From Chrysomallon squamiferum (Eukaryota; Animalia; Mollusca): a stretch of DNA of 64,000 nt. Both the position numbers and the translations under genes were made by a program. Position 1 is the stretch's first letter; each line of letters begins with the position of its first letter. The notes under the pieces were generated by a model. It was not told the DNA's origin and ran no database searches. It saw only the letters and a program-made list of their open reading frames with translations. Below, piece by piece: positions 1 to 13,108 of this stretch. Location of the stretch: assembly GCA_012295275.1 (NCBI GenBank), contig CM022665.1, forward strand, positions 16,616,001 through 16,680,000, written 5' to 3'.

Positions 1-33
<33 letters not shown>
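1..33. repeat. (TC)n microsatellite at the window edge
   Basis: Direct reading. Confidence 0.95.
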
Positions 34-37
<4 letters not shown>

Positions 38-1421
38 ATTCACCGCATTTTCCTGAAGTCAGCAGAATGTAATTAATACGGTGTATAATGGGCGCTAGGG
101 TAAACAAGGTATTGTCTAAAAATACGTGCATCAGTGAAAGGTGCCGCCTAAAATAGAATTTGATGAATATCCCATTAGACAGAGGTTGAGAAGTGGGGGG
201 GGGGAGGGGTAAAAAAACATTTAAAAATTACAAGGACAAACTGTATTTTTCCTGATATCAGAAAACACACATAAAAATGCATGGGTATGAGACCGTAAAT
301 AAATTTGTGTTTACCTGTTCTTTTATTTTGTTATTTCAAGTGAAGAAATTCATGCCAGTAACGGTATCTGGGGAACTGCGCTCTCTGTATTATTGTTCCG
401 ACAGCGGTGCGTTAGAAGATCGCTTACCGAGAAGTTATTCAGCGATTTTATAGCGAAACTCGAGATTACCAATGAAAGATAAAGAATATTGACGAAAAAT
501 GTAAGTTTGAACAGGTGTAGATAGAGAAGTTGATTGAATCTGAAACCACCCGACTCATGCTATTCTCATCTAAGGTACAATAGCCGTTAAATAAAATAAA
601 ATAAAATAAAATGAAATAAATCAGTTTTTCATATAAAGAAGGTTTATGAAATAGCTTATGCGCTAAATACTGCCAATCTTCTCTATACACAATAATGGAC
701 CCGTCATTGATCTGTGAAGGTGTCAAGGTATGATACAATGTTGAACGATTGGATCAGTAGGAGGGAGTATGTAAAACAGTGCCTAGCAAATGGCACAGTT
801 ATCGAAATCTAACACTCATCTTTTAGATAATCTTACACGGAAAAAAACTTCAATGGCGTCCAGGTCAGGTGTCATACGACAGGGCGAGGCGTGGCTTATT
901 AGCTTTATACCCATCAACTTATAATTACGCCGAGATACACATCATATTTCACATATTTAACTAGCATCATAATGCATAATCAAATTAATAATTAATACAA
1001 AAACGTATGTAAATAATGCTTCGACATCACCAGCGGTATATTATCAGTTACGACACCAAAGGTCAACATGAAAACATTACAAAACATTCCGAGTGAGTGT
1101 GTGTGTATGTTTGGGGGGGTGGAGTGTACAGATAAGTGAATGTTTAGAATTTAGTTTTTCTTTTTCTACTTCGTGATCTCTGTTACATACTGCACAGAGA
1201 GGCACTTAATTATTTAATAATTTAATGAAAATGAGCACCACTAAAGTCATGTCGTACTTTATTATACAGTGTATATATAAATTAAGTGCATTGTAAAACA
1301 GTTTGCATTTTTCTGTTTTTATTTCAGATTTATATTTACTTTATTAAGAATATATGAGAAAACAAAAAATGGAAGACAAGATTTCTTTTAAAAATAAGGC
1401 ATAAGGTGGTATCATAATAAC

Positions 1422-1459
<38 letters not shown>

Positions 1460-1965
1460 AATGCACAACAGCAGAACTGTAACACATATCAAATAACCAC
1501 AAAGTCAGTAAATTTACATTTAACTATTTAAAGCAAGTTTATGTATAAATCAACAAAAACCATCAACATCCCACTCAAAATATATAATACTAATTTTAAA
1601 TTAAAGAAATAATTAAAAAATAATTATTTCCAAAAAATGAATAGAATTACATGAATCTTACAAAGTCAAGTGACTAATCAGTTTTTGTTCTTATTCTTTC
1701 TTTTTTTTCATCTTTTTTTTTCATATCCTGTAAGTGTGAAGTAAGTTTGTAAAGTGTTATCTCAACCCTTCCAGGAATAACTAAACTGAATTATCAAAAT
1801 GTTGATTTATAAAACATACTTTTTTTTACCTCGGGTAACATAATTTAAAAAAAATATATTTATCCTTTTAAGTCAAAATATTAAATAATAATAACAGTAA
1901 AAAAACAACAACAAAAGTGATTTTAAAATATATTTTTTATATTAGTTGATTTTAATAACTTTTTA

Positions 1966-2002
<37 letters not shown>

Positions 2003-2785
2003 CGTTATTTTTTTTTTTTTTTAGAATACTGAAGCCAGGTAAAATTATTATAGCAATCTGGCAAACAAATAGACAGAAGTTGTATGACAACTGATAACAT
2101 GATACAAACATAATATGTATCAAACTACAAATTTTATATACAATACCCTATGCACTTATATATTTGACTCAGAGTTTAATGCTCCAATAAATAAGCAATT
2201 TATATATATATATATACACACACACACAGGAAACAAAATTAGGTAAAAATAAATCAATAAATAATTTACTTCTTAATAAGTAAAAATAGTAATAATAATA
2301 ATAAAAATAAAATAAATTAATAAATAAACACAAAATCTCTGCTAATAATTAAAAGTTGAGTTGAATGTGAAATACACTGCTGAAAGATATTTAAAACTGG
2401 CTTAAATAAATTTTGCATATGGTAGCTAATTGACAATTTAGATGTTGATATGAATAATCAAAGATGAGAGTGGAATTTCACAAAATGTCCCAAAAATAAT
2501 TTTGACCCCAAGGTCAAAGTATAAACTACGAATAGTGCCAAGTGCCAGAAATACAGAAACTGCATCATTAATAATAATAATAAGTATAATAAGAATGTTA
2601 TTTATATTACAAATAAATAAATGAAAATAGCACAGAAAAAAAGCTTCAAAAGACAGCAATCAAAATATTAATAAAAATAACAACAACAGTATTATTATCA
2701 ATAAATAATAATGAAAATCAGCAAAGACAAAACCCTCAGTTGACGTCAATCAGAACATAATTACAATTAACCTCTGCCATGTTGA

Positions 2786-4378
2786 CTACCTTTCAGGATA
2801 AATGACACGAAATGTCAGATTGATTCTTGGACCTCTGTCATGATATTCTTTTGGTACTCTGTGCTGAAAAACAAATGTTGAAAACATTGTTGTATACACA
2901 CATATAGATCTATATGTTAATACATAATATTATGAAATAAGAAAAAACAAAATATACACAGAAATATGAAAAAAACTACTTTTATATACAGGTATAAATC
3001 TAAATATGTCAATAATTATATATCCATAACATTATAGTATGGCTAAAAATAAATAATCATTACAAGAATCTGTACTTTTAAGAATTGTTACTTGACAGTT
3101 ATTACTTAATTTTAAATGTAAATGAAACTGTAACTGGTGTCAAAAGATTAACATGTATATGAGAAAAATGTTGGCCATCTTACCTGCCAGTCATCTTGTA
3201 TAGATCCCTCCATAATTAAGAGAGAACCAGATTCAAGTGTCAGTCTGACTATCTGACTGTATGTATAATCATTTCCTAGTTCCTAAATAGTACAGTAAAA
3301 ATAATTATAATAATAACAATAAAATCATATTTTTCGAAACTAAAGATTACCAACTAAAGATTCAAAATTCAAATAAAGCTATTTTGTGGTAAATGCTTTC
3401 TAAATATATCCAACTACATACATGTACCCAGCATATATATATAATATAGTGCAGAGTTGGTATGCATATGACTAAAAGGTAATTAGAAAGTTTGAATTAA
3501 AAAGTACAGATGATTTTTCTAAATAAAATTCTTCCCAAAGTCATGTTTTGAAACTGTCTGAATTTACAGAGTTTAATTAATGAAAAAGTTAAATAAGTGG
3601 ATTCTTACATAACAATATAAATTCATAATTATATATAATAAGAACATGCAGTGACATTGTTTTTCCTTTTTTATTTCTTTTAATTAATTAAAGTATATGA
3701 TTCCCAACCTTAAATTTTTTAAACAAGGAAAATAACAAAAAAATAACAGTTTATGAAATAAAATTTTATTTTGCAACTCCACTTTTCAGTCTAATCTTTT
3801 TTCTTTCTTTTTTTTCTTCTCTTTCAGTAAACACTGTTTAAAATAATTTACTAAAGTATTATTTATATATTTTTTTAAAAGCTTACTGGCAGTGGTTTCT
3901 TCCTGAATTCAAAGTTCCTTGAATCACCAAATGACAAGGACGCTATAGTTGGGTTTTGTCTCAGTGAGGGTTCGTCATCACTGTGCCAGTCAACACTATC
4001 ATGGTTGTTACGATACAAGTTAGCCAACATCGAATTAAACTTTAACCCTGTCAGTTCTTCCAGGTGATCTTTTAGAGTTATCAAACATGGCAGCCACTGA
4101 AATATCATGTAAATAAATAATTTATAAAAGAAAAAGAAAAAAAAAAAAAGAAAAAGGTTTTAAACATGAATGATTATTATTTCAGTTAAACAAATGCATG
4201 TATATACCAAACATAAATGCTTGTCTGCAAACATATATTTATTACCTACATACATATATATAATATATACATAAATAAATACACTCATGTAATAATGTAT
4301 AAACAATAAAATACATAATTCTGTTTAATTATTCCAGGACTTACAATGCCAAAAATAAAACCTGATATATACAAATAT

Positions 4379-4419
<41 letters not shown>

Positions 4420-6308
4420 CAGGGCCTGCACTACGATATAGGCAAACTAAGCAGCACTGATTTCAGGGGGTGCATTTCTCCAAATCAACAACAGTTTTGA
4501 AAAATAAATAAATAAATTTCAGTTTTATGAATCTGCAGAAACCAAACTGAGGGTGTTAACTCCTTATTTTATTGGTATAAACATGGAAAGAAATGGCCCT
4601 ACAAACTTAATGCTCAATGAATTGACTTACTGAATGTACAATGTTCATTTTTACCTTAGTATTGGGTTCTAATGTTTGTCCAGAGTATGTGTATGGAAGG
4701 TCACCAAACCAAGCGGTCAGTCTTGGCTGGGCATAACTAACACCATTTCGGACATCTGACCTCTGCCGCCAAGGACATTCATGAAACAATTCAGTAAATA
4801 ATGCATCAGACTCAGATTTGTCCAGAAACTGAGGAAAAAACCTTAGTCTGAAATTACAAAAATATGATAGTAATAAAAAAATTAAAAACGTAATGACTTT
4901 ATTGTTGGTTTCAAATGACAATAATATCATGAAGTGGTAAAGTGATATATTTATTTTCATTCTAACAAAAAATCAACTCTATTATTATTAAGAGGACATT
5001 TTACAATAAATGGAAATAAATGACATTTATTTTGTTTAATTCATGCTCTAAAGATTAGTGACATTAAAAAGTATTAATTTTTCAAATGCTTTACTTTCAG
5101 CATACATTTTCAATATTAAATGTATGAGACTGAAATAAAACTTGAACCAAACTGATACTTAATTTAAATTTAATTTTAAGAGCCAAAAAATAAAGTTTGG
5201 TAGCTGGAGTTTTCTTGAACTGTTGTATACAACAAAATGAAAAATCAGCTTAGTTTAATTAAAAAAACTAAAATAAATTTGAAATACCTACCATATATAC
5301 TTGTGTATAAGTCGAATTTTTGGGAGACTATATTAAGGTAATATTTTGGGGGCCAACTTATACATAGGTAATGCTTTTGTAGCTGTTGCTGAAGAGTCGC
5401 CATTTTGACTATTTTTTGCTACGGGATGCATCTAAAATAATCGCGGTCTTTCAGCTTTTCAAAAATATAATTTTATAGTATAAAACTTTTTGAAAAATTA
5501 AATAACAAAACCAAATATGAATGTAAAACATGATATTCTTCTGTTTAATGACATAAAAATACATTTTAAAGCGCGAAAACCGTCAGTACGGCATTATGCC
5601 TTACGGCGTCTTGCAATGATCTAGGAATGCAGACTTCTCTGCCAAATTGCACTAAATATCGGTCCTAATTTCATAAACAAAACTCACTTGTTTAATTGTA
5701 AAGAATTTGGTGAAATAATATTGACATCGTCATTAATATCCACTACCGACAAATTTTGTAAATCATAGAACGGCTAAATTAGGTCTCCATGTTAGACCTA
5801 TTACATTAAAGATATACTATTTATGATACATTTAGGCTATAGCTCGTGTAATACATGCATTTACGTTATTATGGTATGTTCGTGCAAGTTATGTTACAGT
5901 AGGCCTACAATGTAGGCCTTCATGGCACTGTCACACTGGTCGAAAAATAGTGACAGTGCCTGGAATCTACAGTCGACTTATACACAAGTAATACCTAAAA
6001 TGACGCAATTTTTGGTCTTAAAATACACATTGACTTATACATAAGGTCGCCTTGTACACAAGTATATACGGTATATTTATTTGTCTTTGTTGCAAAAAGT
6101 TAAAGTAAATAATGATCTCAGTAAAACTACAATAGTTTATGACTAACAGAAATGAAATTTCAATGTTTTAGAATTTTATTTTTTTTAATTGAAAATAATG
6201 TTGTTGTTATTAAAAACAAAAACCAACACAGAATTAAAGCTGAAAAATATACCTGGAAATACCAGATGGTTCTAAACTCAAATCATGGATTCCTTGTTTA
6301 CTAAAAGT

Positions 6309-6339
<31 letters not shown>

Positions 6340-6613
6340 TTCAGGCTTTAGTGAAATATAAATAAGCAAAAAGTGAAAAAATTAAATAAAGAATGATAAT
6401 GCACCATTTTCAAAGGTTTTAATTTGAATTGTTTTAGTCAATAATATATATTTTTTAAATCTGTAGTATCCTTAATTTTTTTCTTTTATGTAATTCAGAA
6501 ATTGCATTTTACTGAACAACCCCTCAAAATTAAAAAATAAAATCAACAAAAATAGAACAACCCTCCTCCGAATCAAACAAACAAAAGTGTGGTTAATCAA
6601 ACCAAATAATAAC

Positions 6614-6656
<43 letters not shown>

Positions 6657-8490
6657 TAATAAATAAATTAAAAATTCTACTAACGTAATTATTATATCAG
6701 ATGGTTTCTGCAGTATCTGCAAAAAGAAAGGTGTATGTTTTTGTTAAAAAAAATGGTAATGTTATGTAAAACAGGTAAACATGTAAAACAAGTTAACGTG
6801 TAAACATCACTGACACCACACAGTAAGATATTACTTTTATAATAGCAGCAATGGATTTTATTAATGCACAGACAACAAAAACATAAACCAGCAGGCCGTA
6901 ACCGTAACTTTGTGAAAACTGGATGCCTGCAATAAAAACTGGTAGCTCCATTATAAATTGAAAAATAAGTCTTTAAAACAAAAAAATTAAAAATTGAAAA
7001 TCATTTCTTTAAGTATATTATATGTATTTTTATCAAGAGCACTGAAAAATTAAAATCATTTTTTAAAACTTAAAATATACAAGTACATTGGAAAATATGC
7101 ATTTATAAAAACTATTAACTTTGATATGTTCAGCCTCAAGTATGAACTGTGAAAATGTGTTACAATATTTATCAGTCAGATTTGATCTTAAAAACCTTCA
7201 TTGTGTTCAGTTTATGCTGCCTAATGTAACTGGTGACTAATCTGGTGTGTTTGATGATAGTGTGTGCACTAAGAAACAAATAATTTAACTGTTCATTGTT
7301 GGTTTTATTTAACATTTTTAGCACTTCCACTGTTGTTGTTATTACTGGTTTTGTTTGTTTTGGCTATGGTAACAAATTTTATACAAGATTCGATATATTC
7401 ATATTTTTTCAGTGTTTCTTTCTTAATGTTTTGGCATTTAAATATGAAATTAATCTTTTTTGTTTTTATCTCAAACTGGGATTTCATACAGCATTTTTTA
7501 TTTCTTGACTGAAAATCACCCATTCAAACTTCTTTTTCCATGACAATTCAAAATCTCTTGACCATTTATTTTTTTTCATAGCTATTTCTTGTTTATGCTG
7601 TTTCCATGTTCAATCATTTTGCCTGTGGCAGTTCCACTATGCTATTAAATAATGGTGAAATACTTGCCATGGTCCTGCAATCATTGAAATGAATGTTACT
7701 GCCTTGTTTCAGATAACTTACATTTACAAATGCTAATCCCCCAAAATACAAACTTTACAAATGGCCTCTATCCATAAACAATACTTTCACAGTTTCAGAC
7801 TCAGAAACAATAAACAGTAACCTGTTAGTGACTCATGTCAGAAGAGTGTAAACATGAAAGATGGGATTTTGATGGATGATCGAAGCATTTTGACTATTAT
7901 GTAATCACTGATTCACTGGAAAGGCAGAAAAAATAAAAAGTAGACTACTGGGGTTAGAATTCTGGTATCCTAGGGGAGATATAAAACTGTACCAGAATTC
8001 TAACCCCAGTATACAAAAATATATGATCAGTCATATAAAAACATTTGCCATATACATTGACATTTAAAAATAAATAAATAAATAAATAAAGTATTTAAAA
8101 ATAATATCTGCTCATCTTTAGCAAAGTTTTCACATCAAAACTATTTATTGTTGTCTTCACACACACACACAAGCACATACGGCATGAAAAATTACCTCAT
8201 TAAATTTAAACGACTTTTTATAATACTTAGACCATTATTAATTATAAATAATACATGTGCCTTATTTTATTAGCATGACATGCTCAACTGTTCTTTACCT
8301 CTTCTTCTGGTTCTTCATAAACGTATTTTGGAGTTTTTTCACTAGCTGGAATTGTTTGGTCGATATTCTTTCCCACCCAAGCAGGAACCGGCTCCATTTT
8401 CGGCTTATCTCTATCTGATCGTACATTTACTGTTTTTGGTGCAGCCCATCCTCCCTGTATTCTAGCCTTTCTTCTCTTCTCGTCACTCAT
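2786..8490 (-). CDS. ALKBH3: Alpha-ketoglutarate-dependent dioxygenase AlkB homolog 3 (about 283 aa, 7 coding exons)
   Basis: Exons 8299-8490, 6685-6716, 6253-6300, 4655-4847, 3887-4096, 3184-3282, 2786-2863. All are GT-AG, phases are consistent, total 852 nt. Protein: MSDEKRRKARIQGGWAAP...QPRLTAWFG...NLYRNNHDSVDWHSDDEPSL...WQHRVPKEYHDRGPRINLTFR, with the HxD...H iron triad and the RxxxxxR 2-oxoglutarate motif typical of ALKBH3. Confidence 0.96.
5291..6071. mobile_element. Non-autonomous Tc1/mariner-superfamily (pogo/Tc2-like) MITE in ALKBH3 intron 3
   Basis: Left end CCATATATACTTGTGTATAAGTCGA versus reverse complement of right end CCGTATATACTTGTGTACAAGGCGA. TA flanks both sides (5289-90, 6072-73). 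Subterminal (G)ACTTATAC repeats, no ORF, more CpG than the host intron. Confidence 0.8.
7946..8011. repeat. Perfect 22-bp inverted repeat with 22-nt spacer in ALKBH3 intron 1
   Basis: TACTGGGGTTAGAATTCTGGTA (7946-7967) and its exact reverse complement TACCAGAATTCTAACCCCAGTA (7990-8011). Confidence 0.95.
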
Positions 8491-9587
8491 ATCGTCGAAA
8501 ACACTGAAACTACTAGATTTTATGTCAACACACCATTTTCCGCAGACGCCATTGAATTTCATAAAAGTGAGTTTGTTAATGTTCACGAATTTGCATTAGA
8601 CAACTGCCATTAAAAAATAATAATCTTATTTTTGTTTCATCATTAAAACAAATCATAGCGGTAAATATACGAGAGGGAATATTATATTAAAGGTTATAGC
8701 TCGAAATCCTAAAATTCTGCAAGATTGTATTTATTTACTGTCCGTTTATTTATATATATTTCATTTTCTTATTATCCAGGCAACCCGGAAATGAATTTTA
8801 TTATTCCAGTAGGAAGACGCATTTTTATAACAAAAGTCACTGGTTCATCGATAAATAGTTATTATATATATTCATAATGTTCATTTATACCACAATATTT
8901 ACTACAAAAAGTTAACATTTTGGCATTCAACAGAATTAAATGGTAGTGCAGGTTTATGTATATTCTTCGACATTTCTGCAGTTTAGTTTTCAACCTATAA
9001 ATTTATAATCATATGAATTACAAAATTTATTGTATAATCATGTCAAAGACAACCAACATATTTCAATCAGGGACGTGACAAAATTTTCAAATATATATAT
9101 TATATATTTTTTTATTTCCGAAAAAAATTTGGCTGGTATTTTTTCTTTAAAATCAATGGAGAAACCGCTTTTGTCACATTCTTATTGCAATGCGTTTTAA
9201 ATACTGAATATATTTAATGATTATTAAAAATTGTATTTGTATCCACAGCTGAACAACATTAAATAATAATAATAATAATAACAATAATATATTGATATTA
9301 GAATGTGAACGTTTCTAATATGTTTCATAATGTATACTACACTTCATTATTTAATTCATATACAACAATTTAAAAAAAGAAAAAAAAAGAGAACAATTAA
9401 AAACAAATTTAAAAATAGTAATAATAACAATAATAAAAAAAATCCCAGCATGATTATAAATGGTCATACCATATAGCTGACATTTTTATGCTCTTTATTG
9501 TTATTGTTACTAGTGTTCTTGTTGTTGTTATAAATTATAAAGGTGAAAGCTGCCATACAAAAAGGTAATAATCATTTTAGAAAAAAC
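8491..9587. promoter_or_regulatory. Probable bidirectional promoter and 5' UTR region of ALKBH3 and BORCS5
   Basis: Divergent start codons about 1.1 kb apart. ETS-like CCGGAAATG at 8785-8793, YY1-like GCCAT at 8548-8552, and local CpG retention. Transcription start sites are not determinable. Confidence 0.6.
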
Positions 9588-11181
9588 ATGGGTTCAGATC
9601 AGAGCACTCTGCCTGCAGGAGCACCAGGAAGTAGTATCAGATCACAGAGAGATGAAGAAATCCCATATACACAGTTCTCTATAAGTAAACCCATAGATGG
9701 AGGTACGGTTTTCACAATACATAATTTACTGTCAATAAATATTTGTTTGACATGACATTATCATATTTTATATGATGTGTCATGATATACTGAAATAATA
9801 GTGAATCAGTAAGAATGTAACTATAACTGTCATAACAACATTGTAATAACTTGTTAGAAATAGAACATGGCCAAGAAAAGGTGATTCTTAATTACTGATT
9901 GTAGAATATAAAATTAGTGTTATTAAAAGTAAATACAGAAGTTCTCTATCTGAATTTTTCTTTGAATAATAAATTATAATAAAATAATATGTTTCATTTA
10001 CTGTTTATGTTCATCATTCATTTTCTATCTCTCTGTTCCTTTTATTTTTTTTTTTCATTTATCCATTCCCTTGTTCATTCTTGCAGTTATTTTCAGATTC
10101 TCCACGCCAGTCACCCAGAACTCAGAATCGACATAGCCGAGTGCTCGTAAAGACAGAAAGGGAGGGAACTCCAAAGCATGACATTGTGGTAGTAGCTGAA
10201 GGTCAGACCCCAATCAAGGATCCTGATCCAGAACTGACAAAACTGAATGCCATACCTGTCTTCTTACCAATTCTCAGAGGCTCCCTCAATGTTCCAATGA
10301 GTTCCCGCGACCATGAAATGTTGGATAAAATGGATTATCGCCAATTACTGTTGCTGTGTCTTCGATATCAAGAACATTTGAAACAGCTGTCCGAGGCAGT
10401 GGCTTTTGATCAGAATGCTCTCTGTATTAGAATTAAAGAAGTATGTAAAGGAAAAATAAAAACAGAAATTTTTCTTAATTCAGATCAGATTCAATTACAG
10501 TCAGATAAATTTCTATAGTGATCTTTTTGTTTTATTTTTGATTCTGTGTTTTACAGTTTTTATCTTTAGATATCTATACATCAAAAATGTTTGAGCAACT
10601 CAAAAAGTTATAAATTAGCAATCTGAAACATTGTTTCTTTTTTCATAAGAGAACATTATTTTATTTTTTAAATTCCAGAAGAATTTTCTATATTTATACT
10701 TAAATATAATTCCATTGAATATTATTACATTAGCATATTATTCTGGAAATTAAGTATTATTGAGTTACGCAAACTCACACCTACAAGTAATTGAATATGA
10801 AATACAGTAAAAACATTGTTTGGCACTCTTCATATAGTGGATATATTATAAACAGTTTAATGTGTTGAAAGTTGAATTACTTTTCACTGTAATTATATTT
10901 ATGTATTTATTAGTTTTGTCATGAGGATAATGTTGTGATGTGTGTTTTAACAGATAGATCACTCATTGCATGTACTGAGCACAGCACTGACAGAGAGACA
11001 GAGAAGATATGCCAAGTTCACAGAACAGTTTGGAAGAATCAGTGAAACAGTTGCAGTACTTAAAAAAATCAAAGCCAGGGTTAACGACATTGGACCAAGA
11101 ATGGAAAATCTCAACAGAATGCTGCCACCTTCTGAACAGCTGGAACCCTTCAGTATGAAAATAAGAAAGTCAAGCAACTAA
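9588..11181 (+). CDS. BORCS5: BLOC-1-related complex subunit 5 (myrlysin/LOH12CR1), about 228 aa
   Basis: Exons 9588-9702, 10097-10440, 10954-11181 are GT-AG and total 687 nt. N-terminal myristoylation motif MGSDQS, plus DIVVVAEG...DPELTKLNAIPVFLPILRGSL and LCLRYQEHLKQLSEAVAFDQNALCIRIKE...ERQRRYAKF...LNRMLPPSEQLEPF, typical of BORCS5. Confidence 0.95.
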
Positions 11182-13066
11182 AACATATTCAGTGAACAGA
11201 TAAATTATTCCCATAAATATAGAGATACCTGCCTGTCAGCTAAATAAAAATCAACCAATTTAATATTTTGAAATTGCAGATAATTCTCAAATGAAAATAA
11301 AAGAGTTGACTAACAAAACTGTTCATAGTGCAGATAATTTAATCTTGTTTCAAAAGAGTTAGTTATCTGCCTGTTTGTGAAAATGTTTGAACTTTTTCAG
11401 GAAGAAATTCAAAAGATGTAATTATTTCATAATATAGTTACCTGAACTGTTTTCCTACCACAATTTGACTCTACATTAATTTTCAAGAAAAATAACTATA
11501 TTCAACACTGAACAACGTTTGAATAATTTGTGATAAAAAACTGATGACACACTTGCATGAACATTTGTTATTGTTTAAACCATAAGTGTTTATTGTTATT
11601 ATTTATTATTTCTGTTACACAGAATACTCGTGAAATATTTGTTTGTTGTTTATTCTTTATTTATAAATCATTAAATTTTAATATTTCTCGTGCATATAAA
11701 ACATTTAATCGGGAAGAGAAAAATATTTTTTCTCTTGTGACTGATCAGTGGAGACACATTTTATTATTAAAGCAGATTATATAAGCTACTAATTATAATA
11801 TATGAATTAGATGTCTTATTTAGATACATTTCTGTTTATTTTCCTCTAAGATATAATTAATAGATTTGATTTATTGCTTTCAAAATTTATTAAATACAGA
11901 TTCCTTAAATCAAGTACTTATAATTTTTTTTAGGTGTTTTGGGGGAGTTACCAGGATTTCTTATTTATATAGCTATGATAATGTTATATTAATATCGTCA
12001 TTATAATATAACTGATTTTAAACATTGTGGCTGATTGAATTGTTACATTCCTTCAAACATTTTAAATATTAAATATAAAATATTTCTGGCTTACACAAGT
12101 TGTGAAAGATACACGTTCACAGAGAGGAGGGGTGGTGTTTAAGTGTATGAAAAGTATTTAGAAGGGAAGAGTTCACTTGACAGAAGTATAAATTCTAGTG
12201 TACTCCGATGTAAACATACAGGTATGTTAAATTTGAAAATACACTGAATATCTAGTATAGTGAATGTTATGTTTGAATTTGTATTAATTAACCTGATATA
12301 TTAACCTAAGTGATCAGTGCGCATTTATAATTACAAACAAACATGCATGACATGGTGAATTGTGAAAAACTTTATGTTAGGTTTTATAATGGTTTTGATA
12401 AGTGACTTAAATCTGATGTTGTCTTCTAATTTATTTGCATTTTGTTTGATCATTTTTGTGCTGAAATGCTACACATGAAGAATTAAAAATTGGAATTGAT
12501 GTATGTAGATTAATAAAATATTTGAAAATACTGAAATTCTGTTTTAACAGATTTTGAAAAGTTTTCACGTCAGGATATAATTATAATTTACAGGATCAAG
12601 TCTTTGGTTCACATCAACTTTTTTTCTAGTTCAGCAAGGATTTTATTCCTGGTGTATAAAATGCGTGGATAAGTTCTTACCTAAGGAACAACAAATACAC
12701 ATTTTTTGCTGCTGCTTGTAATTTCTGGGACCGGCATACCATATATTTTGATTCAATAATTTGACAAATTTCATCTTTCATGCAGTATTATTACTCTATA
12801 TTGACATGTACCTATAAATAGAAAAAAATGCATTCATTTGTCTCAAATTAAGTTCTTCAACTAACAATACTGTTTAATAATATATATATATATATATATA
12901 TATAAGCCAAAACAATTTTTGTTTTAAATTCTGTTTTGAATTAATAAAAAAAACAGTTAATAAAATCAGGTATTCTGATGACAGTCTGTTAAGTATATAA
13001 TTTTAAAATCATATTTGTGTATTTGACAGATCATCGACATGTTTCAGTGTGTATGTACCTCTGATC

Positions 13067-13108
<42 letters not shown>

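Noticed and set aside
341-570. Exon-like CpG-rich segment near the window start (EEIHASNGIWGTALSVLLFRQRC... on plus; donor TCG|GTAAGC on minus)
   Set aside because: No recognisable family, and neither strand nor frame can be decided within the window.
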